Virus record (IMG/VR): IMGVR_UViG_3300033076_000375
Span: 96,001-160,000 of that record
Length of the DNA stretch: 64,000 bases
Strand: one strand, 5' to 3'
Source: a virus
Lineage: Duplodnaviria; Caudoviricetes
The notes under the pieces are model-generated. The model was not told the DNA's origin. It saw only the letters and a list, made by a program, of their open reading frames with translations, and did no database searches. Below, piece after piece: positions 1 to 8,402 of the stretch (position 1 is the stretch's first letter; each line of letters opens with the position of its first letter). The position numbers and the translations under genes were made by a program.

Positions 1-2
1 TC

Positions 3-527
3 TTAGACTCCGCTACCAGTAGTATCAGTGCAGTAAACCTCACACTAACTGGTAAAGTGTCGGCAGTTGAATTAGCTACTGAAAAAGTATCGTCTAACTT
101 AATCCCCAAAACAACTAACACATTTGATATCGGTGAAGCTACTAAAAAGTTTAAAGACTTATACTTAGCTGGCAACATTAACATCGGTACACAGACTATC
201 TCTCCTACTGCTAATGGTATCAGTATAACAGGTAATTTAGAAGTTATCACAGCAAATGTGACTACGTTAAATGCAGAAACAGTCAATACAACTAGCCTAA
301 ATACTGACGTAGCAACGGTTAATACTCAATTGGTCATAAATAGTACTATAGATGCTACTTCCACGGATACAGGCTCTATCGTAACAGCAGGCGGCGTCGG
401 CATTATGAAAGATTTGTATGTAGGTGGTTCGATTCATTTAGCGAACGGTCTCGGTGGGACTGGTTCAAAAGGTGCAATCAACTACAATGACGGTGTAGAT
501 AGTATCGATTTTAATTTTAACGGATAA
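3..527 (+). CDS. C-terminal part of a tail/virion fibre protein (5'-truncated by the window); type-E C-terminus
   Basis: The frame is open from base 3 (LDSATSSISAVNLTLTGK precedes the track's GTG start). Fibre motifs LIPKTTNTFDIGEATKKFKDLYLAG and ATSTDTGSIVTAGGVGI. The C-terminus INYNDGVDSIDFNFNG resembles that of 1419-5642. Confidence 0.8.
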   Translation, partial: LDSATSSISAVNLTLTGKVSAVELATEKVSSNLIPKTTNTFDIGEATKKFKDLYLAGNINIGTQTISPTANGISITGNLEVITANVTTLNAETVNTTSLNTDVATVNTQLVINSTIDATSTDTGSIVTAGGVGIMKDLYVGGSIHLANGLGGTGSKGAINYNDGVDSIDFNFNG

Positions 528-532
528 AATTT

Positions 533-1384
533 ATGACAAGTACAATTGGTGCAAGACTAGTTAATGATGGTACGCTAATCACAGCAGGGGAGTTTGATGA
601 AACTCTCCAGACCACTCATTCTATCAAAGCTACCGGAGTCTTTGCTGAAGAATTTGATGAGGTTACATTACCTGCAGGTTTACCTTCAGGTGGTTCTATT
701 CAATTCAACGGAACAACTCAGTATCTAACGATATTGGGTGATATTGACTTTGGTTTCGGGACAGATGATTTTACAATCGAAGGATGGTTCTTCTTACGTA
801 GCACAGCCCACATGCGTCTATGGTATTTCCCAGGTGGAGATACACTAGAAGTTAATGATGGCGTTCTTTACTACTGGGATGGTACTGACCAAAATGGTGT
901 ACAAACATCAGGTCCAAGTGCGATTCCTCAACAACAGTGGTTTCATATCGCATTAGAAAAACATAATGGAACAGTTGATGTGTATATTAATGGTCAATCA
1001 CATATAACTGACTTAACTCCATATTCAGGTACAAACAGTCGTGCTATGGCAATTGGTGCAGACTTAGACGGTAACAACCCATTGTATGGATATGTTACTA
1101 ACATTAGAGTTGTCAAGGGTGTTGCAGTTTATCGCGGTGAATTCAATATGCCTATCGAATCTTTATCTGATACACAAAATACTGTATTGTTGTTGAAAGT
1201 TGCGAACCAAACAGATATGTTACTGGACTCATCATCAACTAACAAACAGATAACCAATAACGGTAATGCACCGTTTAATTCAATTACTCCATTGACTACA
1301 ACATACAATGGCGCAATGAAACAACTAAAGTCAGGAACTTTGCAAGTAGCAAATATCATTGACGAAGTAACAACTATAAGTTAA
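533..1384 (+). CDS. Triple-FDE-repeat cap protein carrying an inserted LamG/concanavalin-A-like lectin domain
   Basis: LamG-type motifs SIQFNGTTQYL, FGTDDFTIEGWF, WFHIAL and GYVTNIRVVKG. The flanking repeats are homologous to 5652-5879. Confidence 0.75.
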   Translation: MTSTIGARLVNDGTLITAGEFDETLQTTHSIKATGVFAEEFDEVTLPAGLPSGGSIQFNGTTQYLTILGDIDFGFGTDDFTIEGWFFLRSTAHMRLWYFPGGDTLEVNDGVLYYWDGTDQNGVQTSGPSAIPQQQWFHIALEKHNGTVDVYINGQSHITDLTPYSGTNSRAMAIGADLDGNNPLYGYVTNIRVVKGVAVYRGEFNMPIESLSDTQNTVLLLKVANQTDMLLDSSSTNKQITNNGNAPFNSITPLTTTYNGAMKQLKSGTLQVANIIDEVTTIS

Positions 1385-1418
1385 TACATTATAGAAAAAC
1401 CAAAAGGAAATATAAAAA

Positions 1419-4400
1419 ATGGCAAAGTTAAAAGACTCTAGAGTTTACGGTAATCTCGACATTGATAGTGTATTAACCGTTTCAAGCGACACAACTATCA
1501 ACGGTAACCTAACAGTTACTGGTAATACTATCTACTCTTATGTAGATACTATGAAGATTACTGACCCAATCTTAGAGATGGGTGGTGCAGATGCTGGCGC
1601 ACTATCAAGTGATGACAACAAAGACCGCGGTTCATTGTTGCATTATTATGACGGTGGCGTAGTTGATGCGTTCATGGGCTGGGACAACTCAGCAAGCGAA
1701 TTCGCATTAGGTAGCAACGTATCTGTAACTAACGAAGTAGTCACATTCAATACATATGGTAACTTACGTGTTGGCACTATCTTTGGTAGCGGCGCAGGCT
1801 TAACAGCTATCCCTGGTAGCAACGTAACTGGTACAGTCGCATATGCGAACTTCTCATCATATGCAGGCATTGTTACAGCAAGCGCACAACCAAACATCAC
1901 ATCTGTTGGTACATTAGTTGATTTAGATGTCACTGGTGCTGCTAATATCGGCGGCGCATTAGATGTCACGGGTGGCGCAACAGTCGGTGGTGACTTAGGT
2001 GTCGATGGTAATGCTACTGTCTCTGGTAACTTGACTGTTACCGGTACAATCTACGCTAACGTTGCAGGTTCATTGACAGCTCCTGGTACAACTACTCAAG
2101 TATTGTTTAACGATGCAGGCGCAGTTAATGCTGTTGCTGGTTTCACGTTCAACAAAACAACACACTCTCTAACATTGAGCGGTGACGTAACTGGTGATAC
2201 AATCATCGGTAACTTGTTCTCAGGTAATGGTGCTAATTTATCTAGCATCACTGGTTCAAATGTAACTGGTTATGTAGCTAACGCAACTCATGCAAACATT
2301 GCTGATGCTGCTAACGTTGCTTATTCAGTTGACGGTGCAAACGTTGCTGGCGAAGTCGATGTAGCAAACACAGTTTCAAATCCAGCTCAAGGTAATATTA
2401 CTTCAGTTGGTTCATTGACATCACTTACTGTTGTTGGTAACATCTCTGGACAAAACAATCTAGCAATTACACACAATGCCACATTCGGCGGTAATATTAC
2501 TGTTACAGGTGATGTAAGCGGTGCAAATGGCACATTCTCTGGTACACTAGATGTTACAGGTAATGCAACTGCTGATAACATTAGCACTGGTATCGTTGAT
2601 GCTACAGGTAATGTCAATGGAGCTAACTTCAACACAACTGGTACTGCTAACATTGGCAACTTGAAGATTGCAGGTACTACAGAAGGTAACTTAGTTCCAT
2701 CTTCTAACGTTGCATACAACTTGGGTAACTTGACAAACCGTTGGAATGACTTGTATCTAAGTGGTAACACAATTTATTTGGGTGACCAAACAATCGAAGC
2801 TAACGCATCATCATTGTTCACAAGTGCTGACTTGGCTGCTAATAACATTACAGCAACAGCAAACGTTAACGGTGGCAATGTTATCGCTACAAACTTAGTT
2901 AAAGGTGCTACATTAGAAGGTACTTTAACGGTTAACTCAAATGCACAACCTAACATCACTTCTGTTGGTACTCTAGTATCATTGGATGTTACTGGTAACG
3001 TGTCTGCTGGTAATATTAAGACGGACCACTTGCTATATGCAAACGGTACACCTTGGGACTTACAACAAGCTGCTGGTTCTACTGGTCAATTACAATTTAA
3101 TGATGGAAATGATTTTGCTGCAAGCGCAAACTTGACATACAGTGATACTGGTGCAGGTACATTAACCGCTGCTGGTAATATCGCTGCTGCTAAGTTGTCA
3201 TCTACTGGTGACACTACAGTTGGTGCTGACCTTTCAGTTACAGGTAATGCGTCTGTAACCGGTGACATTACTGGTGCTTCTATCGACATTTCTGGTACAG
3301 CTACTTCAGGTAATGTATCAACTACAAACGTAACTGCTTCTGGTAACGTAACTGTTACAGGTAATGTATCAGCTACTAATGTTGTTACAAATGATGTTGT
3401 TGCATCATCTGGTGATTTGACTCTAAGCGGTCAAGGTTCTGACGCAAACGTTGTTCTAGCTCCAACAGGCACAGGTACAATTTCTGCTTCTAGTAAGCGC
3501 ATCACTAACGTAGCTACTCCAACTGCTGATTCTGATGCAACAACAAAAGCGTATGTTGATTCTGTTGCACAAGGTTTGTCAGTTAAGAATTCTGTACACT
3601 TAGCAACAACACAAGCTCTAGCTGCAACATACAATAATGGTACAGACGGAGTAGGAGCTACATTGACAAGTGCAATGGCAGTTGCGTTGACTATTGATAA
3701 TCATAATGTTGATGTTGGTGACCGTATCTTGGTTAAGGATCAAGGCACTAATCATCTATTTGAAAACGGTATTTACGAAGTAACTAATGCAGGTGCGTTG
3801 GGCACAAATTGGGTATTGACTCGTGTTGCTGACATGAACCAAGTTGCTGAAGTTTACAGTGCATTCGTTTTCGTTGATGAAGGTACAGTAAACAAAAACA
3901 CTGGTTGGGTATGTACTGCGACTGACGAAGATTTTACTACTTTGGGTACTGATGATTTAACGTTTACTCAGTTCTCTGGTGCTGGTGCATACTCTGCTGA
4001 CGGTGGCCTATCATTAAATGGTACTGTCTTCAGTGCAGTAGTTGACAACTCAACAATCGACTTAGACGGTAATGGTGCATTGCATGTTAAAAATGGTTTA
4101 ACTCTTGTTACACCAAATATTGGTGCTGCTACTGGTACAAGTTTAGACTTGACAAACGGTGCTAATGTTGGTGGTGACTTAGCAGTTACTGGTAACGTTG
4201 ATGCAAATAACTTCAACGGTACATTCTATGGTAATTTCGTAGGTACAGTTGATGCGACAGTTGGCGCTGCTGGTGCTAACACACAAATTCAATTTAACGA
4301 TGCTGGTAACATCGGTGCAAATGCTAATTTCACTTACAACAAGTCTACTGATACATTATCTGTTGGTAACATTTCAGTTGGCACTGATGTAACCGTTTCA

Positions 4401-5642
4401 GGTGATTTAACTGCAACTAACTTAACAGGTACATTACAAACTGCATCTCAAACTAACATTACTAGTGTTGGTACACTAGGTACATTAACTGTTACTGGTA
4501 CTGCAACAGTTGGCAACGTTTCTACAACCGGTTCAGTCACTGCAGGCACTCTAGCAGGTGATGGTTATCAAATTGGTAATATTACAGGTGCAAACGTTAC
4601 TGGTTATGTAGCAAATGCAGACCACGCATCATTGGCTGATACAGCAAACGTTGCATTGTCTGTCAACGGGGCAAACGTATCAGGTGACGTTTCTGGTGCA
4701 AACCACGCAAACATCGCTGACGTTGCAAATAGTGTTTCGGGTTCTAATGTAGTTGGTCAAGTTGGTAATGCATTAGTTGCAGGCACAGTTTATACTGCTG
4801 CTCAACCAAATATCACTTCCGTTGGCACATTGACTGGTTTGACTGTATCAGGTAACGTTGCTACCGGTGGCATCTTAACTGATAACTACTATTATGCAAA
4901 CGGTGCTCCGGTTGACTTCCAAACTGCTGCTGGTAATGCAGGTGAAATTCAATTCAGAGCTGCTGGTTCAAACGACTTATCAGCAAGTGCAAACTTCAAG
5001 TTCAATAGTTCAACAAACGTATTGACAGTTACGGGTAACGTATCAGTTTCTGATACATTGTCTGCTGTTGATGTTTCTGCAACCAACTTGACAGGTACAC
5101 TAACTACTGCTGCACAACCAAATATCACTTCTGTTGGTACACTAACTAGTGTAACAGTAAGCGGTGTTTCAACTTTGGGTGGAGTAGGTAACGTTAAGAT
5201 TACAGGTGGTACATCAGGTCAATATCTACAAACTGATGGTACTGGTTCATTGTCTTGGGCTACAATCAACACAAGTTTGATTGCTAATGGCACAAGTAAC
5301 GTTTCTATCCCAGCAGCAGACGGTAATGTATTCATTAACGTCGGTGCTACTGAAATTATCGAAGTTTCAGGTGTTGGTGCAAACATCACTGGTGTACTAG
5401 ATGTTTCTGGTAACGTAACTGCTAACAACATTACTGCAGCCAACGTAATCGTTGCTGAAGGTGGTATTGCTGCTAACAGTGCAATCACTGGTACAGTTAA
5501 AGTTGCTGGTGGTATGAGTGCTACAGGTAACATCTACACAGGTAAAGCTGTTGGTTTCGCTAATAACAATGGTGGAACAGACAGTGCTGCTTATATTCAA
5601 TTCAACTCTAGTGCAAATAGCTTAGACTTTATCTTCAACTAA
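1419..5642 (+). CDS. Large fibre protein (1407 aa), probably abundant
   Basis: Repeated AQPNITSVGTL and QxQFNDAG motifs; RITNVATPT..DATTKAYVD followed by a DRILVKDQ..NGIY..WVLTR phage fibre domain; SD AAAAGGA; strongly GGT/GCT/AAC-biased codons. Confidence 0.85.
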   Translation: MAKLKDSRVYGNLDIDSVLTVSSDTTINGNLTVTGNTIYSYVDTMKITDPILEMGGADAGALSSDDNKDRGSLLHYYDGGVVDAFMGWDNSASEFALGSNVSVTNEVVTFNTYGNLRVGTIFGSGAGLTAIPGSNVTGTVAYANFSSYAGIVTASAQPNITSVGTLVDLDVTGAANIGGALDVTGGATVGGDLGVDGNATVSGNLTVTGTIYANVAGSLTAPGTTTQVLFNDAGAVNAVAGFTFNKTTHSLTLSGDVTGDTIIGNLFSGNGANLSSITGSNVTGYVANATHANIADAANVAYSVDGANVAGEVDVANTVSNPAQGNITSVGSLTSLTVVGNISGQNNLAITHNATFGGNITVTGDVSGANGTFSGTLDVTGNATADNISTGIVDATGNVNGANFNTTGTANIGNLKIAGTTEGNLVPSSNVAYNLGNLTNRWNDLYLSGNTIYLGDQTIEANASSLFTSADLAANNITATANVNGGNVIATNLVKGATLEGTLTVNSNAQPNITSVGTLVSLDVTGNVSAGNIKTDHLLYANGTPWDLQQAAGSTGQLQFNDGNDFAASANLTYSDTGAGTLTAAGNIAAAKLSSTGDTTVGADLSVTGNASVTGDITGASIDISGTATSGNVSTTNVTASGNVTVTGNVSATNVVTNDVVASSGDLTLSGQGSDANVVLAPTGTGTISASSKRITNVATPTADSDATTKAYVDSVAQGLSVKNSVHLATTQALAATYNNGTDGVGATLTSAMAVALTIDNHNVDVGDRILVKDQGTNHLFENGIYEVTNAGALGTNWVLTRVADMNQVAEVYSAFVFVDEGTVNKNTGWVCTATDEDFTTLGTDDLTFTQFSGAGAYSADGGLSLNGTVFSAVVDNSTIDLDGNGALHVKNGLTLVTPNIGAATGTSLDLTNGANVGGDLAVTGNVDANNFNGTFYGNFVGTVDATVGAAGANTQIQFNDAGNIGANANFTYNKSTDTLSVGNISVGTDVTVSGDLTATNLTGTLQTASQTNITSVGTLGTLTVTGTATVGNVSTTGSVTAGTLAGDGYQIGNITGANVTGYVANADHASLADTANVALSVNGANVSGDVSGANHANIADVANSVSGSNVVGQVGNALVAGTVYTAAQPNITSVGTLTGLTVSGNVATGGILTDNYYYANGAPVDFQTAAGNAGEIQFRAAGSNDLSASANFKFNSSTNVLTVTGNVSVSDTLSAVDVSATNLTGTLTTAAQPNITSVGTLTSVTVSGVSTLGGVGNVKITGGTSGQYLQTDGTGSLSWATINTSLIANGTSNVSIPAADGNVFINVGATEIIEVSGVGANITGVLDVSGNVTANNITAANVIVAEGGIAANSAITGTVKVAGGMSATGNIYTGKAVGFANNNGGTDSAAYIQFNSSANSLDFIFN

Positions 5643-5651
5643 GGAAGATAA

Positions 5652-5879
5652 ATGGCTACTATAGCAGCTAGATTGAATAGCTCAGGTACACTCTACGCCA
5701 GCAATGGCGTAGTGTTTAATGAAATTAGTCAATCTAACATAAGCATCACTCCTTCGGGGGTGTTTGCTTATCAATTTGACGAAGTTTCAGGTACACTAAA
5801 TAATAGAGCGATGCAACAATACGCCAATGGCGTAGTAAGAATTTCTGGAGTTTTTGACGAGACTACTGGGATTGCATAA
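5652..5879 (+). CDS. 75-aa triple-FDE-repeat cap protein with no payload domain
   Basis: SD AAGGA. Three repeats end FNE, FDE and FDE and are colinear with the termini of 533-1384. Confidence 0.75.
   Translation: MATIAARLNSSGTLYASNGVVFNEISQSNISITPSGVFAYQFDEVSGTLNNRAMQQYANGVVRISGVFDETTGIA
5739..5771 (+). terminator. cUUCGg tetraloop hairpin / candidate intrinsic terminator inside the 5652-5879 CDS
   Basis: CACTCC-TTCG-GGGGTG stem (one G-U pair), extendable by ATAAGCA/TGCTTAT. The core stem is followed by TTTGCTTAT. Confidence 0.6.
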
Positions 5880-5882
5880 GTA
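5874..5882 (+). promoter_or_regulatory. Possible variant late promoter (CATAAGTA)
   Basis: One mismatch to the TAAATA core; ends 20 nt before the ATG at 5903 and lies just downstream of the hairpin. Confidence 0.35.
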
Positions 5883-5902
5883 TTAAGTTGAGAATATAAG
5901 AA

Positions 5903-7543
5903 ATGGCACTATTACGTTCAGGAACACGAGTTTACGGTAACGCTCAAATCGATACCGTTTTAACCGTTGCTGGTACGGTAGCGGCTACCTCAACTACATC
6001 TGGTGCACTACAAATTACAGGCGGCGCAGGCGTTGGTGGTAATCTATATGTTGGCAATAACATTGTAACATCTAAGGATGTTTCGGCTAACAACGCTACA
6101 TTTACTGGTAACTTAATTATCAACGGGAATATTGTATATTCTAATGTTGATACAATGAATATCAAAGATCCGGTCATCGAACAGGGTGGAAGTCCTAATG
6201 GCGCTGCTCTGACCAATAATGATAACAAAGACCGTGGGCAACTTTTACACTACTATACAACGGAACCCGTTGATGCGTTCATGGGCTGGGATAATTCTGC
6301 CGGTGAGTTCATCATGGGTAGTAATGTTACTGTTAGTAATAACGTTGTTACGGTTAATGAATATGGTAACATACATGCCAACTACTTTATTGGTAACGGT
6401 AGTCAACTTACAGGCATCTCAACATCTTCACTGACTGGTAATTTTCATGCGTGTGTGATTTCAAATGTAAGTAACATTATTGCAGGTTCAACACTTCAAA
6501 TCGTTTCTGATTATACTGATACTAACTACCCAGCAGGTGTGTTTACTATTAATCAATTAGGTCCAGTATCTATCACTATGACTGATGCATGGGCAAGCGG
6601 TGGCACAAATAAAGATGCTTATACTAACTATTTGAACGGTATCATCAACACTCAAAACGTTTCAGTGACTTTTGGTATTGCTAATGCAACATTTGATGTA
6701 AAATCAACTGATACTATTACAATCGGTTCTGCAACTATTACAGGTGCAAACATTGTAGCACTAGGTATCAGTGGTACTGGCGGAACATATACGATACCGA
6801 GTTCATATTTTAACTCTACACCGCAAACTTCTGCCAGTGATAGTGTTAGTGTCAACTTGACAACATCTCGTGGAGTATATTCTGCTACTGGTAATACGCT
6901 AACAAATAATCAACCAATACCATTCAATATCACCGCATTCTCTGGTTCATTCCCGTCAAGTTCAGTTCCATATTGGAATGTGAATCAGACATTCTCATGG
7001 ACTGCAACAAAGACTTCGGGCGCAGTCGTTGCTTCCGGTAACCTGTCATACGCTAACTCAGTAGGTGGTGTGTCTGGGTCATTAACATCTACTGGAGAAA
7101 CTTCAGGTACGAGTGCTTCACTTGATAGTACTTTAACATATACGTTAACTAGTAGCGATTATATCGGAGCTGGTGCATATGGTGCTGGTACTCGTCAAAT
7201 GACAAGTAGCGTTTCTGGTACAGTAAACGCTGCAACAAAATATTATCCATTGTTCTGGAAGACTACTACTGACAGCACAATACCAACATTTACAACTAGT
7301 GATTCACATAATAGTAACAACTATGCAACTGGTCAAGGTGCAAATACAACGACTACTGCAAGTAACTATACATGGCTCGCTACTCCAAATACTACATCTC
7401 ATACATTCAAACACGTATTCTTAGGATCGGATATTGTTGACGTTCCTGATGTTACAGGAACAACAACTATCTCTGGTCAAACATATAGCGTATGGGGTTT
7501 CACTAATTTTAGTCAAGTAACAACGATTGTAACTACATCATAA
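5903..7543 (+). CDS. Fibre protein; N-terminal region paralogous to 1419-5642
   Basis: Shares RVYGN..ID.VLTV and DNKDRG.LLHYY..VDAFMGWDNSA with 1419-5642; ANYFIGNGSQLTG repeat; S/T-rich beta C-terminal region. Confidence 0.8.
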   Translation: MALLRSGTRVYGNAQIDTVLTVAGTVAATSTTSGALQITGGAGVGGNLYVGNNIVTSKDVSANNATFTGNLIINGNIVYSNVDTMNIKDPVIEQGGSPNGAALTNNDNKDRGQLLHYYTTEPVDAFMGWDNSAGEFIMGSNVTVSNNVVTVNEYGNIHANYFIGNGSQLTGISTSSLTGNFHACVISNVSNIIAGSTLQIVSDYTDTNYPAGVFTINQLGPVSITMTDAWASGGTNKDAYTNYLNGIINTQNVSVTFGIANATFDVKSTDTITIGSATITGANIVALGISGTGGTYTIPSSYFNSTPQTSASDSVSVNLTTSRGVYSATGNTLTNNQPIPFNITAFSGSFPSSSVPYWNVNQTFSWTATKTSGAVVASGNLSYANSVGGVSGSLTSTGETSGTSASLDSTLTYTLTSSDYIGAGAYGAGTRQMTSSVSGTVNAATKYYPLFWKTTTDSTIPTFTTSDSHNSNNYATGQGANTTTTASNYTWLATPNTTSHTFKHVFLGSDIVDVPDVTGTTTISGQTYSVWGFTNFSQVTTIVTTS

Positions 7544-7544
7544 T

Positions 7545-8399
7545 ATGGCATTCTTATCCTTTCCATCACCGACGCAACTGAAGAACTTGGCTAATCCAAC
7601 AGATAACCAAGACGCAGTTACTTTGGCATATTTGGATACTGCCTTAAACGGTAGCGGGAATATCGTTGTCGCTAATGTAAGTGCAAACATAGTAACATCA
7701 AATACTGTTACTGCTAATACTGTTACAGTCAATGGAGTAATTAATTTAGGTCCTGTTGGTAATGTAAAGATTGATGGCGGCACCACTGGTCAAGTATTAT
7801 CTACCGATGGAACAGGTAATTTGTCTTGGGTTAACCAAGCAAGTGGTTCTGGTGGACAGGCTCTGCCCAGTGTTAATGTAGATTCATTTACTGCTGATGG
7901 TTCAACAAATTCTTTTCAACTAACAGTTACTCCTGCAGACAAGTCATTGATATTCATCAACATCGATGGTGTATTCCAAATCAGAGATTCGTTTGATTTA
8001 TTGGGTAATGCTATTATCTTTGGAAGTACTCCGTTAAACGGAAGTATCATCGAAGTCAGTACATTTGTAGTTGGTGCAGCAAGTGGCTCGGGGTCATCAA
8101 CCCCAGCAATGTCCTGGTCTATCATAGATGCAAACACAACTGCTACTATAAACAAGGGTTATTTTGTTGACACTACTGCTGGGCAAGTTACACTGACTCT
8201 ACCTTCATCTGCTTCATTAGGTGATACAATCAGAGTAAGCGATGTGGCAGGAACATTTGGATCAAATCAATGCGTGGTTAATGGTAACGGGAATAAGATT
8301 CAAAATCAAACATCTAATTTATTGCTAGACTATAATCAAGCCAGTATCGGATTAGTATTCAGTAGTAGCACATATGGCTGGAAATTAATGGAGTTGTAA
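7545..8399 (+). CDS. Short fibre/connector with a C-terminal T4 gp9/gp10/gp34-N-like domain
   Basis: C-terminal YFVDTTAG..TLTLP..LGDTIRVSDVAG..IGLVF..GW pattern; one F.ADG..F.L..IDGV.Q beta-sandwich module; GQVLSTDGTGNLSW repeat. Confidence 0.7.
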   Translation: MAFLSFPSPTQLKNLANPTDNQDAVTLAYLDTALNGSGNIVVANVSANIVTSNTVTANTVTVNGVINLGPVGNVKIDGGTTGQVLSTDGTGNLSWVNQASGSGGQALPSVNVDSFTADGSTNSFQLTVTPADKSLIFINIDGVFQIRDSFDLLGNAIIFGSTPLNGSIIEVSTFVVGAASGSGSSTPAMSWSIIDANTTATINKGYFVDTTAGQVTLTLPSSASLGDTIRVSDVAGTFGSNQCVVNGNGNKIQNQTSNLLLDYNQASIGLVFSSSTYGWKLMEL

Positions 8400-8402
8400 T
8401 AA

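Noticed and set aside
57-59. GTG at 57 as the true start of the first gene
   Set aside because: The frame is open to the window edge with fibre-like sequence and no SD.
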